Below are positions 62,401 through 64,000 of a DNA stretch of 64,000 bases, piece by piece. The notes beneath the pieces were generated by a model. The model saw only the letters and a program-made list of their open reading frames with translations. It ran no database searches and was not told the origin of the DNA. Positions within the stretch are counted from its first letter, which is position 1. Every line of letters begins with the position of its first letter. The translations under genes and the position numbers were made by a program. This DNA comes from Psammoneis japonica (lineage: Eukaryota). The stretch covers positions 62,001 through 126,000 of the forward strand of contig QPGO01000090.1 in NCBI GenBank assembly GCA_008632985.1. Reading direction: 5' to 3'.

Positions 62401-64000
62401 GAATCGCATTGCATGTTGCGCATGCACATTTCTACGTGATTTTGGCAAAATTTTGCATCATTTTACAGCGCAGTTGTCAGGTGATCCATTCAACAACTTC
62501 TAATGTTTTTTCTTCTGTGCCATTCTCGACTGTCTTGTGAATGGCACAGGGCAGGCGCATCATCCAAAACTTTGAGTGCAAACAGGGATGGATGCACTGT
62601 TTCATGTCAAAGACAAACAATGTGTCCATTGACCATCAAAACCTGCTGCAAAAGATGTTGGACAACCATCAGATGAGGCAGCGCAATGTCCTTTGCTCCC
62701 AAAAAGAAAAAGTTGTGCTTGTGCTTCCTTCCCCTTTTGGCTTTTTCTCCAACATCATTTGGGAAAGGAAGCATGAAATGTTGGTCAAAAGTCAATGAAA
62801 CATGGCTCGGCATGTTGGGATGACCCTTGATCCACTCTCAAGATGAGCTTGACTGCCCTTGCTTGCCAGTTGTTTCAAATGACGGACCTGGCACATCTGC
62901 CCCAATCCATGTGCGCAGCTGCTGAAATGGGGCAGGAGTTGTGCGTGGCCCACATTGCTTGTGTTCCATGAGGGCACAAAGGTCATCATCAAGGAAGGTG
63001 CAAAGTTGCATTGGATTTGCTTCTTTAGGTGCCACTGGAGCCATTTGATTTTTCAGCAGCAGCGGAGCCAGCTGACAACCTTGGTCGGAGTCACGGAGCA
63101 CAATTTCAGGGAGAGTGACACATTGCAATCATCATCTGCAGTGGAAGACAAAGGCTCTGAATGAGGTTCTTGCAAATGGGACATTGCTGGTGAGTCCAAA
63201 AAATCAATGGCGTTGGTGTCATCATTGCGAGAGCTCCTTTCTTCCGTCAAGCCGCCCATGATCACTCTTCCTTTCAAGTCTGCAAAAAGCAAATGAACCA
63301 CTTTGTTGGTTGTTGACTCACAAAGATCATCACGGGAAAGGAGAGGAGGAGTTGTCACTGTGCACTGCTTGCTTGTGTGCAGCAGCAACAGGATTGATGG
63401 AAAACAACCAAGAGCTCTTTCCGTTGCAATGCTTTTCGAATGTAAAAACTCCCTCCGACATCCAACCTTTAAGATGCAACGAAAAAGGATTTCATTGGTC
63501 AATGAAGATGGAAGATCTTTTGTGAGACATTCAGCAGCTTGTCATGCATGTCACAATGTCAACATTTGAGTCACAAATGAGCTGTGTGATGCCACGTGTG
63601 AGGTTTGAAGCAACTGCATCATTCTCAACAAGGGTTTGTCAGAGGTTCTTGAGCACCTGAGTCAAGGCTGTGTCATCATTCTAGGGAGCTTTGGTTGTCT
63701 TGATGATGCAGATGTTGAGATGACATCATGCCACAAGGTTGGTTTGATGCTGCATCACATTGGCACAATTGTGAAGCCACCCTTTGTTTCCAAAGTGCTG
63801 GCTTCAAGTGATGGCAAAATGTGCCACTGTTTTGTCTTTGGGATGACCCGTGCAGAAGAAGATTGTCGCCATGGACTGTGGCTCTGCACAATTTGGAGTT
63901 TTGAGGGATGGTGAACCATTTGTTGCCAGCAAACTCCAGGTGCATCTCAAGGAGTTGGGAACACATCACATGCTTGTTGGTGGAGAAGCCAGCCCTGGAT

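Larger units (their letters stand above)
35650..64000. other. Hypermutated block 3 (TpA-erased, mostly CpG-erased), a nest of transposable elements
   Basis: TA nearly absent over 28 kb. Contains the elements listed below. Confidence 0.9.

Noticed and set aside
35650..64000. Classical fungal RIP or plain CpG deamination as the full explanation
   Set aside because: RIP raises TpA and depletes CpA, the opposite of what is seen. CpG decay cannot remove TA, and TA loss occurs where CG is intact.
35650..64000. Foreign DNA, viral insert or alternative genetic code
   Set aside because: The blocks contain recognisable decayed TEs and copies of local host sequence, with graded borders. Flanking genes use the standard code.

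Overview
Eukaryotic nuclear DNA, almost certainly a diatom: compact genes, short GT-AG introns, and signal peptide plus ASAFAP-type plastid targeting. Ordinary gene islands (about 1-9.8 kb, 23.4-25.9 kb, 29.5-35.6 kb) carry glycerol-3-phosphate dehydrogenase, dienelactone hydrolase, a MYND-finger gene, a DUF1295/steroid-reductase-like gene, an ALKBH1-like dioxygenase, an acidic-repeat plastid protein, a CbbY-like HAD phosphatase and a ZIP transporter. These alternate with large decayed blocks (about 9.9-20.6, 26-29.4, 35.7-64 kb) holding a Copia, a Gypsy, an Ngaro-type tyrosine-recombinase retroelement, a CRE-type LINE, several MITEs and dead host genes. The main finding is that the decayed blocks have lost CpG and also almost all TpA. 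Paired copies inside the window show TA->TG and TA->CA changes (A>G on either strand, preferring TAY) that are separable from CpG decay, spread into flanking unique DNA and convert Tyr codons to Cys or His. This looks like a locus-restricted adenine hypermutation (genome-defence) process distinct from fungal RIP. All alignments and counts were done by eye.
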